Shown here piece after piece: positions 51,889-62,580 of a stretch of DNA of 64,000 nucleotides. Origin of the DNA: Promethearchaeota archaeon (GTDB taxonomy: Archaea > Asgardarchaeota > Lokiarchaeia > Sigyniarchaeales > SOKP01); the NCBI GenBank assembly GCA_030599585.1, contig JAUVNS010000008.1, positions 64,001 to 128,000 of the forward strand. The letters are read 5' to 3'. Position numbers and translations under genes: made by a program. Each line of letters starts with the position of its first letter. Position 1 is the first letter of the stretch. The notes beneath the pieces were generated by a model. The model ran no database searches. It was not told the origin of the DNA and worked only from the letters and a program-made list of their open reading frames with translations.

Positions 51889-52692
51889 TCATTTATCAAT
51901 GTGGCTCGTTTCTATAGGACGACCGGGACTTCCTTGGTAATAGAATTTTCCCGGTTTACCTCGCCAATTTTTATGCAATACTGTGTTTGGAAAAATTACA
52001 TTGTTATCAGTGGTTACAGCATTTGGACCCATTATAATTCCGGGATACAAAGTCGTGTTTTTTCCCATTGTTATTTTCATCATGCTAATTTTCCCAAATA
52101 TTGTATTTACAGCGTGACTTGAGAGAGCAGATGTAGGGTATACGAACACATTATCTCCTAATTCTGTAAATTCTAATCCTACGTAAGAGTCGCAATAAAT
52201 AACATTCTTCCCTAGGTTATTGTGGCTTACTCTACGCAAAACTCTATTAACGAGCCATGGGAAGGGAGATTTCGAAGTCAACCACATCGGAAATTTAATG
52301 ATAAATCCTCGCTTATGATAGTATTTCATCATTTTACCCTCCTTACTATTTTCATCTTCTAAGACTCTTTTAAACACACCTTCAGCAGGAGGAGATTTTT
52401 TATTCCATCTTCGCACCCATAACGCTGTAAACTCAATTAAAAGAATAAGGTAAACGAAATAAAGAAAAAAAAGAAATCCCGGGAGTATTAATAAATGAAT
52501 ATCTAAAGGAATTGAGAGTGGAATTATAAAACAATACTCAAATAACAAAAAAAGCCCTAAACAGATGTAGAGAGGAACTAAAAAACTTATGAAATTTATT
52601 TTAAAAAAGTCCAGAACGGGAAGCTCTACTACTTTATCCTTTTTCTGTTCAAATTCAGAATTTGTTTTTCCTACTCCTTTCTCATCGTTCAT
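51889..52692 (-). CDS. Membrane-anchored left-handed beta-helix (acyltransferase-like) protein
   Basis: Two TM helices followed by hexapeptide-like repeats (LGKNV, LGDNV, MGKNT) and a terminal GSPG. Confidence 0.65.
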   Translation of the reverse strand: MNDEKGVGKTNSEFEQKKDKVVELPVLDFFKINFISFLVPLYICLGLFLLFEYCFIIPLSIPLDIHLLILPGFLFFLYFVYLILLIEFTALWVRRWNKKSPPAEGVFKRVLEDENSKEGKMMKYYHKRGFIIKFPMWLTSKSPFPWLVNRVLRRVSHNNLGKNVIYCDSYVGLEFTELGDNVFVYPTSALSSHAVNTIFGKISMMKITMGKNTTLYPGIIMGPNAVTTDNNVIFPNTVLHKNWRGKPGKFYYQGSPGRPIETSHIDK

Positions 52693-52786
52693 ATTATAAT
52701 TATTACTAAAATCTTATAAAAAATTATTTACGTTAAATAAAACAGAAAGGAATTTGCTCAACAAATTAAAAAAAAAAATTCAAAAA

Positions 52787-54076
52787 TTAGATTTCTTGCG
52801 TTTCTACTTCTATTACCTCTTGTGTCGACACAACTTCTATCTCTGGTTCTTGTGGACGATCTAAATATCTTATCTTAGTGAAAAACCATAAAAAAATTGG
52901 ATTTATGATTCCTATTATAGCACTAACGAGTAAGAGATTCACAACACCCATTACACCCGCGAGCGGTCCAACTAATAACGCACCAATAGGTGCAATTGCC
53001 ATAGATACTGTGTGATCAATTGACATAACGCGCCCTATTTTATCGGATGGGACAACGGTCTGCAAAATCGTTAAGTAAGTAGCAACAGTAATGGGAAAGA
53101 TAATTGCTCCGAGAAACCCACCTATCATCATAAAGTAGAAATTTTGATATGGTGCTAGGATGATCAGTAAATAAAACGTGAAAAAAACCATCTCTCCGAT
53201 TAAATTGATCTTAATCTTGTTTTTCCATTCTTTCTTTATCGATGTAATTAAAGAGCCAATCACATTCCCTACTTGGATTGAACCAAAAAGGAAAGCTAGA
53301 TGAAACACAGATCCATCGTGTATAATATTTATGAAGTAGGGCCACAGCACTCCGAAGGGCCTAAAAATGAAGTTGAATATCATCGCAAAAATGATCATAC
53401 TTAAAAGACCCGGAATCGCCTTTACAATCATAAACCCGTCTTTAAATTCCCCCATAAATGATGTATTCTCAGTAGCTCTAGTTTCTTTAGCATTGAAAGG
53501 AATTCTTATCAAGAACAAGGGTACTAAGGCTATTAGGAAAGTTACACCGTCAATGAGAAATATATAAGTAATTGGGAATAACTCTAACAGTAAAGCTGAT
53601 AAAATCGGGCCGACCATGAAAATTAAGCCAGAAAACAAAAAATTTGCTCCGTTAACTCTGCTTATTTTATCTTTGGGAACCATTGAAGGAAGTATCGCGT
53701 GGAAAGTAGGGACTTGAAAAGCATAGAGCGTATTTCGCAATGTATGTATAATCAATATCATCCAAATATGCGTGAATCCAGTAAAAAAAATTAGAAATAA
53801 ACCAAAAGTCAAGATTGCTTGTAAGGAATCCACGGTAAAAATGATGGTTTTACGATTTAGTCGATCGGAAAGTACGCCTGCAAATGGAGTAACAATAACT
53901 TGAGGTAGAAAAATCAAGAATGTCGCTAACGATAGATAAAAAACACTCTGCGTCTCAATTGTGATCCACCAAGTGATAACAAAACCAATAATTCCTGAAC
54001 CCAATAGCGAAAATTGCTGTCCAGCCATAAAATAAAGGTAATGTCTAAACGATTTTTTTGTTCGTAATTCTTCCAT
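52787..54076 (-). CDS. MFS transporter (MefA/DHA3-like efflux)
   Basis: GQQFSLLGS, motif A GVLSDRLNRK, and about 12 TM segments. Confidence 0.92.
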   Translation of the reverse strand: MEELRTKKSFRHYLYFMAGQQFSLLGSGIIGFVITWWITIETQSVFYLSLATFLIFLPQVIVTPFAGVLSDRLNRKTIIFTVDSLQAILTFGLFLIFFTGFTHIWMILIIHTLRNTLYAFQVPTFHAILPSMVPKDKISRVNGANFLFSGLIFMVGPILSALLLELFPITYIFLIDGVTFLIALVPLFLIRIPFNAKETRATENTSFMGEFKDGFMIVKAIPGLLSMIIFAMIFNFIFRPFGVLWPYFINIIHDGSVFHLAFLFGSIQVGNVIGSLITSIKKEWKNKIKINLIGEMVFFTFYLLIILAPYQNFYFMMIGGFLGAIIFPITVATYLTILQTVVPSDKIGRVMSIDHTVSMAIAPIGALLVGPLAGVMGVVNLLLVSAIIGIINPIFLWFFTKIRYLDRPQEPEIEVVSTQEVIEVETQEI

Positions 54077-54156
54077 TTTTTTATCAAACCTTCAATTCTA
54101 TTTTCTTACAACTTAAAACCTTTTTCTTTAATACTTGATACCAAAGATTCAATTAA

Positions 54157-54194
54157 TAGTTTCGAATCGTGAAGTTTACGCATAGTTCGAACTA
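54157..54194. promoter_or_regulatory. Candidate palindromic operator upstream of the MFS gene
   Basis: Perfect palindrome TAGTTCGAACTA (54183-54194) and an imperfect copy TAGTTTCGAATC (54157-54168) in the divergent MFS/GNAT intergenic region. Confidence 0.4.
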
Positions 54195-54347
54195 CGGGAA
54201 AAGAAGCTAATTTAATAAATCTACAATTTTGCTCAACTTTCTTCCAAAATCAACTGCAAAATTTTTCCTTTATAAATCATCGTAGCATATTATCTTCCAG
54301 ATATTCCATAAATTTAAAAATAAAATAATAATAATGTTATGTAGCGT

Positions 54348-55595
54348 ATGGATGACCATTTAACTATATTTTCTAATACGGTTTCAAAATCTAAAGAAGA
54401 GATTGTTACACTTGAAGATATTTTTAACACTTATCCACATTTAACAGAGATTGATTTGGAACGAGGGCATGAATTCGTAAATTCTGTGAGGAATGGCAAA
54501 AAAGTACCATCACTAAAGTTTGCCACTGAAGAGGATGCTGAGGAAATAACTCAAATATTCAAAGAAGTTTACGATAATACTTACCCTTATAAAAAAATGG
54601 AATCCGTGTCAGAAGTTCAGAGAATGATAAGTGATCCTAATTATTATTGGATCGTTTTTACGCTTAAACCAGATATTACAGTTGGCTGTATTGGGATTCA
54701 CTTAAATTTTGAACTTAAAGTAGCAAATTTCTTCGGTTTCGCTTTTAGGGAGGGATTTCGACAAAAAGTTGATATAGCTACAGCGAGCTTAGCTTGTATG
54801 GTTGCTCCTGTATACAAATTTAGAGACAGAATTTTAATTTGGTATGCCGAAATTCGTTCAAGCTTTTCTAGCATTCAATATTTAGCAAAAACAGCAGGAC
54901 TCCTTCCGATAGCGTTTCTCCCTAATAAAGATATATTTTTTAACCATCCTGAATCAGAAATCTTGTTTACTATTTACGGAAGGGATGTTTTATTCAAATA
55001 CCGAAGCTCTAAAAAACCAGAATTAATCTCTCAAGCAATTTTTTGTTACTTCCATACATTTCAAAAATATAGTTTAGAATTACCTACCATAAAAAATTAC
55101 GAAAAAATAGAATCAGAATTGAACAATAGTGAAATTGCCCACAATAAAAACCAATTGCGAAAAAGAATTGAAAGAGATGAGTTTGGAAACGAGTTAATCA
55201 CTTTTTCGATAAAAGGAACAGATTCTTACATCCAATTTCAATACTATAAAAATATAAAAATTGCAGAAAAAACTATTTTTAAAGTTTCTAAAGTAGAAGA
55301 ATTACAATTATTTTTAAGAGAGATTAAGGCATTTATTATTACATCTAAACTACGGTATTTTGAAGCTTATCTCTCTGCTTATAATTCGGAACATCAAGCT
55401 CTCTTTTTTAATGCCGGATTTAAACCAACGGGATACATCCCCGCTTTTAAATACAACAGAACTAGGAATGATTTTGAGGACCAAGTGGTGTTTGTACATC
55501 ACGAAAAAGAATTAGATAAGTACGTTTATTTAATTCCCGAAACGGAAGAGTTTCTTAAGTCTATAAAATATTATAAAGAACTACAAAAGATTTAG
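54348..55595 (+). CDS. GNAT-fold protein (tandem/degenerate)
   Basis: LKFATEEDAEEI..YPY N-terminal GNAT start and QALFFNAGFKPTGYIP C-terminal motif. Confidence 0.65.
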   Translation: MDDHLTIFSNTVSKSKEEIVTLEDIFNTYPHLTEIDLERGHEFVNSVRNGKKVPSLKFATEEDAEEITQIFKEVYDNTYPYKKMESVSEVQRMISDPNYYWIVFTLKPDITVGCIGIHLNFELKVANFFGFAFREGFRQKVDIATASLACMVAPVYKFRDRILIWYAEIRSSFSSIQYLAKTAGLLPIAFLPNKDIFFNHPESEILFTIYGRDVLFKYRSSKKPELISQAIFCYFHTFQKYSLELPTIKNYEKIESELNNSEIAHNKNQLRKRIERDEFGNELITFSIKGTDSYIQFQYYKNIKIAEKTIFKVSKVEELQLFLREIKAFIITSKLRYFEAYLSAYNSEHQALFFNAGFKPTGYIPAFKYNRTRNDFEDQVVFVHHEKELDKYVYLIPETEEFLKSIKYYKELQKI

Positions 55596-55627
55596 AGTCT
55601 ACATATTGGACACTTACTATTTTTAGG

Positions 55628-56674
55628 GTGAAGCAAATTTCAAATAAGGATGGATTAAAAAATAAACAAACAACTTCTATGTTTAGCATTGAAGTTGAAG
55701 AACAACCCAACGAAATCCTAAAATGGCTATACATTGGCACAAACTTACCCGTTTGGCCCGAGTTCTACCCATATATATTGCACGATCTTAAAGCATTTCG
55801 AACGAAATCGTTACTTCTTAAAGAAGAAGGTAATATTGCTGGTCATGTATTGGTCTTTCATGAGGATACTGAGATTCTTTATTTTGGTTTTTTTGGCGTT
55901 TTTAACAACGTAAAAGAGAAAATTGAGTTTTTGTTAAGCAAATTAATAGATTACGGTAAACAACATAATTTTCATAAAATTATCGGACCGATAAATATTC
56001 CAATTCCAATTTATGGATGGGGATTCTTGGAAAAAGATAGTATTGCAAATTTATATGTTGGAAAGCCTACTAACCTTCCTATTTATCAAGAGATGTTTTT
56101 TCAAAAAGGATTTAAAGTTAAAACAAAAGAAATCTCGCTTGAGGGACCAATATTTGAAGTTGATAGTAAAATTATGAGAGCGTATGATTCTGAAAACTAT
56201 GAAATGTTTCATCCAAACAATTGGGAAGAAGTATTAAAATTTAAGGAGACTTTTTTCAAATTGAATGAGAATCTTCCTCCTGAATCCGTTATTACTCCCG
56301 GGACAGAAAATCTTTACGAAAATTATATTAAATTTATAAAACAATATGGAGATCTTTTTCTGATTAATCTTCTCAGATATAAACCAAATAATCAGATAGT
56401 TGGTTGCTTTTTTTGTTTACCGAATCCCTTGAGGAAAAATGAGAGAGGAAATTTTGACTCAGCAGAAGCCTTTATAATATTAATTAATAAAAAGCTGCAA
56501 AATCAAGGTTTAGGTGGAATATTAATGCTCTATGCGGTAAATGAAGGTTGGAAGAACAATATTCGGTATAATGTGTCTCCTTTTGAGATTAGTTCAATAC
56601 ATAGTATAACGCTAGCGAAAAAATTTGGTTTCAAACATAAAAGAACTCATTTGATCTTGGAGTACTTAATTTAG
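55628..56674 (+). CDS. Two-domain GNAT N-acyltransferase
   Basis: YFGFF, IIGPIN, QKGF, acetyl-CoA motif LQNQGLG and AKKFGF. Confidence 0.75.
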   Translation: MKQISNKDGLKNKQTTSMFSIEVEEQPNEILKWLYIGTNLPVWPEFYPYILHDLKAFRTKSLLLKEEGNIAGHVLVFHEDTEILYFGFFGVFNNVKEKIEFLLSKLIDYGKQHNFHKIIGPINIPIPIYGWGFLEKDSIANLYVGKPTNLPIYQEMFFQKGFKVKTKEISLEGPIFEVDSKIMRAYDSENYEMFHPNNWEEVLKFKETFFKLNENLPPESVITPGTENLYENYIKFIKQYGDLFLINLLRYKPNNQIVGCFFCLPNPLRKNERGNFDSAEAFIILINKKLQNQGLGGILMLYAVNEGWKNNIRYNVSPFEISSIHSITLAKKFGFKHKRTHLILEYLI

Positions 56675-56770
56675 CCTAATTCACCCACTTATTTATATTT
56701 ATAGACTGTTATATTCTATTATAAGATTAATTAACTAGTTCTTATTAGAACATACTGAATAAACACATTT

Positions 56771-57499
56771 TTGTGGTATGAAATGCTATTACAATCTATC
56801 GACCAATCAAGGATATTAATAATTTTTACAGGTCAATTGATCTTAGCAAGTATCTTCCTATTTATCGCAATTAAACTACTTATACGCACCCGACCACGCC
56901 CTATAATTACTTTAAGTATATTATATATTTTATCCCCTGCTGGTTTTATATTTAACGTATTACATGTTCTTATAGCAGCAATCCAACCTGAGAATGTAGT
57001 ATTGTTGAGAGTTATTTATTTTTTTTCTTTTTATCCACTTTTGTTTTCTCCGATTTTTCTTCTAACATTCATAATAAGTATACTGAAACTAGGAGATGTA
57101 TTTACAATAAAAAAACAATTGATAATCACTTTGATTTACGGTTTTGTAACCTTATTGATATTTTTTATACCTGAGGGAATAACTTTCACTGAGCAATGGC
57201 GACCGATTTATAGTTGGGGCTTCTTTACAGCGATTTACATTTCATTTACAATATTTGTTACTATACCAACAATTTGGTATTCGAGACGATTAATAAAAAC
57301 ATTTCAAGATAGGATATTGAAGAAGAAGCTCACGACCTTTTTAATTGGTGTATTTGGGATGTATTTTGTTGTTTATGGAGCAACTCTTTATCTTACATGG
57401 CAAAACCCTCTTTTTACTACGATTTGGAGTGTAGTTACTTTTTTTCTAATGATCCCCTCAGCTATTCTCATCTATCTTGGAATTGGGAGAGAATTATAA
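56771..57499 (+). CDS. 7-TM membrane protein (sensor 7TM-like, stand-alone)
   Basis: Seven hydrophobic helices and no cytoplasmic output domain. Confidence 0.7.
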   Translation: MWYEMLLQSIDQSRILIIFTGQLILASIFLFIAIKLLIRTRPRPIITLSILYILSPAGFIFNVLHVLIAAIQPENVVLLRVIYFFSFYPLLFSPIFLLTFIISILKLGDVFTIKKQLIITLIYGFVTLLIFFIPEGITFTEQWRPIYSWGFFTAIYISFTIFVTIPTIWYSRRLIKTFQDRILKKKLTTFLIGVFGMYFVVYGATLYLTWQNPLFTTIWSVVTFFLMIPSAILIYLGIGREL

Positions 57500-57629
57500 A
57501 AAACTCTTTTTTTATTGAACTTCTAATTACTATTTTGTTTTTACCGACTTTTTTTATACAACATCCAAAAAGAGCATTTAAATAGGAATTCTTTCATAAT
57601 GGAAATGTATAAGAATAATTGTAATTGAC

Positions 57630-58016
57630 ATGTATGAAGTTGATCATATTAAATCTTTAAGTGATGTTCCCGATAATATTTCTAATCTTTTAACGGAGTT
57701 AAAAGAATTTAAAGAAGATTTCAAAATAAAAGTTGAATACTGTAAAGATAGATACAAAATTACATTATATGAGTCAACAGTTAATCGTAAACTAAGCATT
57801 ACAAGATGTATATTAATGGAAATATCCGAAAATCCATGCTCGTATTCAATTCATTTGTTTAATAAACAAATACAAAATTCTGGCAATGGAGAATTAAAAA
57901 AAGTTTATGAGGTAGAAGTAGAAGGGGAAAACGATTTTAGATTGATTAAACAAGACGTAAAAGATTTAATCGAAGGTAAAAAAGGAGCTTCTTTTTCCTC
58001 TAATTACCCATTATAA
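57630..58016 (+). CDS. Hypothetical protein
   Basis: 128-aa ORF with no recognised motif. Confidence 0.55.
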   Translation: MYEVDHIKSLSDVPDNISNLLTELKEFKEDFKIKVEYCKDRYKITLYESTVNRKLSITRCILMEISENPCSYSIHLFNKQIQNSGNGELKKVYEVEVEGENDFRLIKQDVKDLIEGKKGASFSSNYPL

Positions 58017-58116
58017 GTTTTTTCCAATTAAATACTAATTTTTTACTCTCTGATCTATTAAATGCCATCGAATAATTTTCATCATTAAATCCATTTGCAT
58101 TTTTTACTAGGGTGAA

Positions 58117-59028
58117 ATGTATTTGAAAGCTAAACTTGTAGATGCTCAAACAGCATCCTCTGTAATCGCCATAAAAGACGATTATATTTCTAATTTTAGC
58201 GAGTTTGACTTACAATCTCGCTTAAGAACCTCTAAATCGGTATCAAAAGAAGATTTATTGGAATTTCTTTCACGACAGACAGTTGATTGGACTAATTCTG
58301 AGGAAATTGTCGTTAATAGAATTTTTAGTGAATTGGACATTTGCTATAAGCCGTATAAAGAATATCTATTGGACAGCATAAAGATTATCAAAACAACAGG
58401 TCAAGAAGAATGCGACGCCGCTTACACCAGGAATAAGTGTATATATGTCCCAAATTCTATGGTTCAATGGCCATACGACGAATTAAAAGAACTAATCGCC
58501 CACGAGCTTTTTCATGTAATCAGTACTACCAACCCAAAATTCAGGAATGATTTATATCTTAAACTAGGATTTACAGCTTGTCCCGAATTAGATGTCCCAA
58601 ACGAATATAACCATCTATATGTGTCAAATCCGGATACTATTGGGAAGAATTCCTATGTGGAATTTGAAAACAACGGGGCTCAGATAAAAGCAGTGCCTTT
58701 TCTCTACTCTAAAACTCCGTATAGCGGTGGTTATTTCTTTGAATATTTCCGCTTTACATTTCTTGAGTCTGAATTGGAACAAGATAAATGCGTGCCGATA
58801 TATGAAAACAACCGACCAAAATTCATTAGTCCTCCACATAAATTGTTTGAGATGTGCAAAGAAATCGATCCCTACAACAACCAGCACAGATTACATCCAG
58901 AAGAGATCCTGGCCTATTATTGGAGCCTATTACCCTTTTCTGAATCAAAAATAGAACCTTACAAAAGAAGTTATCTCGTAAAGATTCGGAATCTCTTAGA
59001 GCAGGAAGGAACCAGTGTATTTAGTTAA
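58117..59028 (+). CDS. HExxH zincin-like putative metallopeptidase
   Basis: AYTR...LIAHELFHV...NPD...HPEEILA, where a downstream Glu may be the third ligand. GGTGA SD. Confidence 0.65.
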   Translation: MYLKAKLVDAQTASSVIAIKDDYISNFSEFDLQSRLRTSKSVSKEDLLEFLSRQTVDWTNSEEIVVNRIFSELDICYKPYKEYLLDSIKIIKTTGQEECDAAYTRNKCIYVPNSMVQWPYDELKELIAHELFHVISTTNPKFRNDLYLKLGFTACPELDVPNEYNHLYVSNPDTIGKNSYVEFENNGAQIKAVPFLYSKTPYSGGYFFEYFRFTFLESELEQDKCVPIYENNRPKFISPPHKLFEMCKEIDPYNNQHRLHPEEILAYYWSLLPFSESKIEPYKRSYLVKIRNLLEQEGTSVFS

Positions 59029-59084
59029 AAATCTAATAATAAAATTCTTTTTTTTTAATTTTTTACAAATATTAAATTACAGAT

Positions 59085-59648
59085 TTATTTTCCTACTATA
59101 ACCTGCTCCCACAGATTTCTCCTACTTTTAATAACTATGGCAACCATAAATAATCCCATTATCAGATTAGTTAGAATATTAGCAATTAAAAATCCCCGTT
59201 TTATATCACCATCGACTGCGAAAACAAGAACTAATACTCCAACAATGCTATTAGGGTCTACGAAGGGCCACAGAATTAAACTATATGGATGCATTGGAAG
59301 GTCTAAAAGGATGTGGAAAACATTTCCAAGCAGACAGGATAACACAAGAGCCGGGGTTAACTTACATACCTCTTTCACCTTAGCCTTATCGAGCTGAAAT
59401 AGTAACGAAGCTAAAATAGGATATAGTAGAACAGTAGCTAAAGTTGAGATTAGAGTTCCTATAGTGAGCGCGCCAACCAAGCTGTGTAAAATGAAATGGT
59501 TGTCGATACCTATGTTAAAAAAAAGGAATAATATTGGCACCTCAATATCGGGTATAAACGATCCAACGATTAAGCCCGGTAGATTCAATCTTTTGTTTAG
59601 TTTTGAGAGTCCCCATGCAACGGGGTAATGTAGTGGTGTGGCTGGCAT
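59085..59648 (-). CDS. Membrane-bound metal-dependent hydrolase (DUF4184/YdjM-like)
   Basis: MPATPLH, GSFIPDIE, HS, HILLD and LWPF motifs. Confidence 0.8.
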   Translation of the reverse strand: MPATPLHYPVAWGLSKLNKRLNLPGLIVGSFIPDIEVPILFLFFNIGIDNHFILHSLVGALTIGTLISTLATVLLYPILASLLFQLDKAKVKEVCKLTPALVLSCLLGNVFHILLDLPMHPYSLILWPFVDPNSIVGVLVLVFAVDGDIKRGFLIANILTNLIMGLFMVAIVIKSRRNLWEQVIVGK

Positions 59649-59762
59649 TTTTAAACTCCTTCAGCGTTTTTTATTAGAATTGTTCATTTATATTTACTTT
59701 TTCTACTTAGCTTTGTTAATTCTCATAAAATCAATATTTTAAGATTTATTTCAGATCAAGTG

Positions 59763-62423
59763 CTAATACGATGGCATTATAAATAAAGAAATAGGAAAAA
59801 ATGGAATAAAAAAACTAATAGGTAAAAAAATCGTTAGTATAAATATAGAGATTAATCCAGGTAGGAGGCTTCCGGTTTTTAAATAAATATATCCTAAGAT
59901 TAAGCTAATAAAGCTTGAACATATAAAATCTAAAATAACTAATGATATAATATAGGAAGATGAAACACCGGGAGATATATATGAAAAAATGGGAATGATG
60001 TAGACGAAGGCTTTTACGATGATAGTGATGAAAGTTTGCAATAATAGCGCCCATAATTGGGAGTATTTACCTACTAACATTGTTAGAATGATACCGCGAT
60101 GTAGTATCTCCTGCCAATAACAAAAAGTAAAAAGAGTTAATAAGATAACTATTATCTGTAAGTAACTTAAATTCAGTGAAGGTAAGTCTAATATTGCTTG
60201 AGTTATGAAGTAGATAATGAAGATCGAAGGAATAGTAAATAATATTGCTTTAATATGCTTTTTAAAAAAATTACTTTTCACCCAACTTAACCCTATGCAA
60301 TCTAAATATTGTTTAAACGGTTGTTTCCCATATGGAAGTCCAACATACTTAGGAATGACATATAACCATATAAAACCATAAAGAAGATTTGGTACTAAGA
60401 TAATTAATAAATTTTGAATTAACAATTTCAGATCTTCACTAAAGGAACGCGGGAGAAAAAAGGGATATGGGTCTATCATGGAAGAAAGGATTGCCATAAC
60501 TAAACTTATAAGAAAAAACAATAAGAAATTGATGATAAGTAGGATTACTATTGATAACCAAATATGTTTAGAGAATATTGTTGGGACAATATTTTTTTTA
60601 AGCGTTTTTTCCCTTGAAAAAAAGTCCTTATTAAAATCAGTCCATTTAGTTATGAGCCCTCCTTGATAAACTGGCAACATTATGTTAAAAATTAAGACTG
60701 AAATTAAGAATCCTAATACTATTACTGCCCAAAATAGAACCAACATACTATTGCTATCCTGGTGGTATAAAAAATTTATCCCAAACGATGTTATCCAAAA
60801 AAAAAGGATGTATGGCACAGAGATAATCAATGTCCATTTATACATTCGGTTTTTTGGATTATAATCTTCTAACACGTAAAATTTTGCTCTCTTTTTTCCG
60901 AAGAAGTTGATTTTTAAAATAAAAATGATTAATAAAAATAACCAAGCAAAGGGTAATGTGAAAAGGAAATTAATGAAGATAGATACAAAATTTGGAGAGC
61001 TAAGGTAAAGTAAAGATGGTAAGAGAGTTGCGCATGTTTGGATAAAATAGATTAATAATAATTTAGGTTTTGCTTGGTTTCGTGGAATTAGTGGTAAAGC
61101 GGCTATAATCGATTCTCCCCGATTATCAAAATTAGTTAAACCATAAACTATTAATCCTGAAAGAATAGGGCTAAAAGTTAATATACCAATCCAATTTTGG
61201 AAGAACCCTCTATCAAGTAGATTTATTGTTCCGATATCTTTAATCCCAAATGCTACGATAAAAATAAAAGAAAGCATTATCGGCATAATAATTGACATAA
61301 AAACTTTAAGATCTCTTGTAATTATGCGAAGATCCTTGCGAATATAAGCAATAAACGGTACACTAGGTTTTACATTCACTTTCACTTCTAAATGAGATGG
61401 TTTAGTAGTTTTTATTATGTTGATAGCTTTAAGCTTTGAAACGCTAATTCTCTCAATTGCTTTAAACGCTTTTCTAGATATCCCATATGTTATTATAACT
61501 AATAGTGCAAATCCAATTAGAGTACTTATCCAAAGTTGGAGAGATGCATGATTAGGCGCGATTAATAAAGAAATTAAAAAACTAGAATTAAATGGGAAAG
61601 GAATAAAACTCAAAATAATATTAATTATGGATTGGTATTCGGAAGCTGTAAATATAATGTAAAACGTCTCTATTGAGCTAAGGAACCATTGAATCAAAAC
61701 ATAACTACTGATGATGATAAAAATGTAACTCAGAATATTGATTAAGCGAATAAATAAAGTTCTTTTTGAGCTCTTATCATTTATATCTAAAATTCTATTT
61801 ATTCTTTCTCCAAATAATAATAAAATGCTAAATGATAATATCATATTCACAAAAGAAATTCCAAGGCATACCAAAAAAATTACTATATTTTGACTTCCAA
61901 TTAACATAGTAATCGGAAAGGCAAAAACTAAAACAATTATTGGTAAATCATAACTTCGAAATAAAGTAAAATAAACTATTCTCAAATATTTTCTTTTTGA
62001 AATGGGTAATGTCTCGAACCACTCAAAAATTTTCCCTGAGGTTATCATTGCTGTATCCAACATCCCCATTACAAAAAAACTTAGAAACTGTAAAGAAAAA
62101 TAAAAGGAAAAAAGTAAACCTCCTATAAAATAAACACCTTCAATTGATGTCGAACCCTGCGAAATAAGTCTGACAATTTCGAAATAGGTTAATAAAGGAA
62201 GTACAGGTATTATTCCAAATGTGATCGCAAAAAATAATTTTGTTAAAATAACTTTAAATTTTAGTCTAAACGGATGGCGGATATATTTTTCTAAATAGTA
62301 AGATTTAGCTCCTCCCTTCGATAATACTAATTCTTCAACAAGCAATTCTTTACTTGCATATTTTGCTAAACTAAATGATGTAAGAACCTCTTCTACCTTT
62401 AGATTTCTTCTTTTTATCTTCAT
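59763..62423 (-). CDS. Large polytopic membrane protein: ABC-permease-like region fused to a degenerate CPBP/Abi domain
   Basis: LPIS..., AYIRKDLRIITRD and ALPLIPRNQAKPKL permease-like motifs. C-terminal WQEILHRG and GYIYLKTGSL resemble CPBP motifs 1 and 4 but lack EE and His. Confidence 0.65.
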   Translation of the reverse strand: MKIKRRNLKVEEVLTSFSLAKYASKELLVEELVLSKGGAKSYYLEKYIRHPFRLKFKVILTKLFFAITFGIIPVLPLLTYFEIVRLISQGSTSIEGVYFIGGLLFSFYFSLQFLSFFVMGMLDTAMITSGKIFEWFETLPISKRKYLRIVYFTLFRSYDLPIIVLVFAFPITMLIGSQNIVIFLVCLGISFVNMILSFSILLLFGERINRILDINDKSSKRTLFIRLINILSYIFIIISSYVLIQWFLSSIETFYIIFTASEYQSIINIILSFIPFPFNSSFLISLLIAPNHASLQLWISTLIGFALLVIITYGISRKAFKAIERISVSKLKAINIIKTTKPSHLEVKVNVKPSVPFIAYIRKDLRIITRDLKVFMSIIMPIMLSFIFIVAFGIKDIGTINLLDRGFFQNWIGILTFSPILSGLIVYGLTNFDNRGESIIAALPLIPRNQAKPKLLLIYFIQTCATLLPSLLYLSSPNFVSIFINFLFTLPFAWLFLLIIFILKINFFGKKRAKFYVLEDYNPKNRMYKWTLIISVPYILFFWITSFGINFLYHQDSNSMLVLFWAVIVLGFLISVLIFNIMLPVYQGGLITKWTDFNKDFFSREKTLKKNIVPTIFSKHIWLSIVILLIINFLLFFLISLVMAILSSMIDPYPFFLPRSFSEDLKLLIQNLLIILVPNLLYGFIWLYVIPKYVGLPYGKQPFKQYLDCIGLSWVKSNFFKKHIKAILFTIPSIFIIYFITQAILDLPSLNLSYLQIIVILLTLFTFCYWQEILHRGIILTMLVGKYSQLWALLLQTFITIIVKAFVYIIPIFSYISPGVSSSYIISLVILDFICSSFISLILGYIYLKTGSLLPGLISIFILTIFLPISFFIPFFPISLFIMPSY

Positions 62424-62580
62424 TTGAAACCCAGAATAGCCATCTCTAAAGTAATATTAATCATGTAAAAATATAAAATTAATCCAATTCCAATTAGTAT
62501 TGTTGGAATAAATAGTAATTTCTTCTCATTTTCACTCATTTCTCTTTTGGTATGCTTTTCCTTATTAAAGATTCTGTAAT

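Noticed and set aside
644-60864. Numerous 60-140 aa ORFs in the track overlapping longer genes, mostly antisense (e.g. 2031-2288, 3033-3398, 27253-27678, 30185-30598, 58727-58954)
   Set aside because: Shadow ORFs of well-supported genes, with no recognisable motifs.
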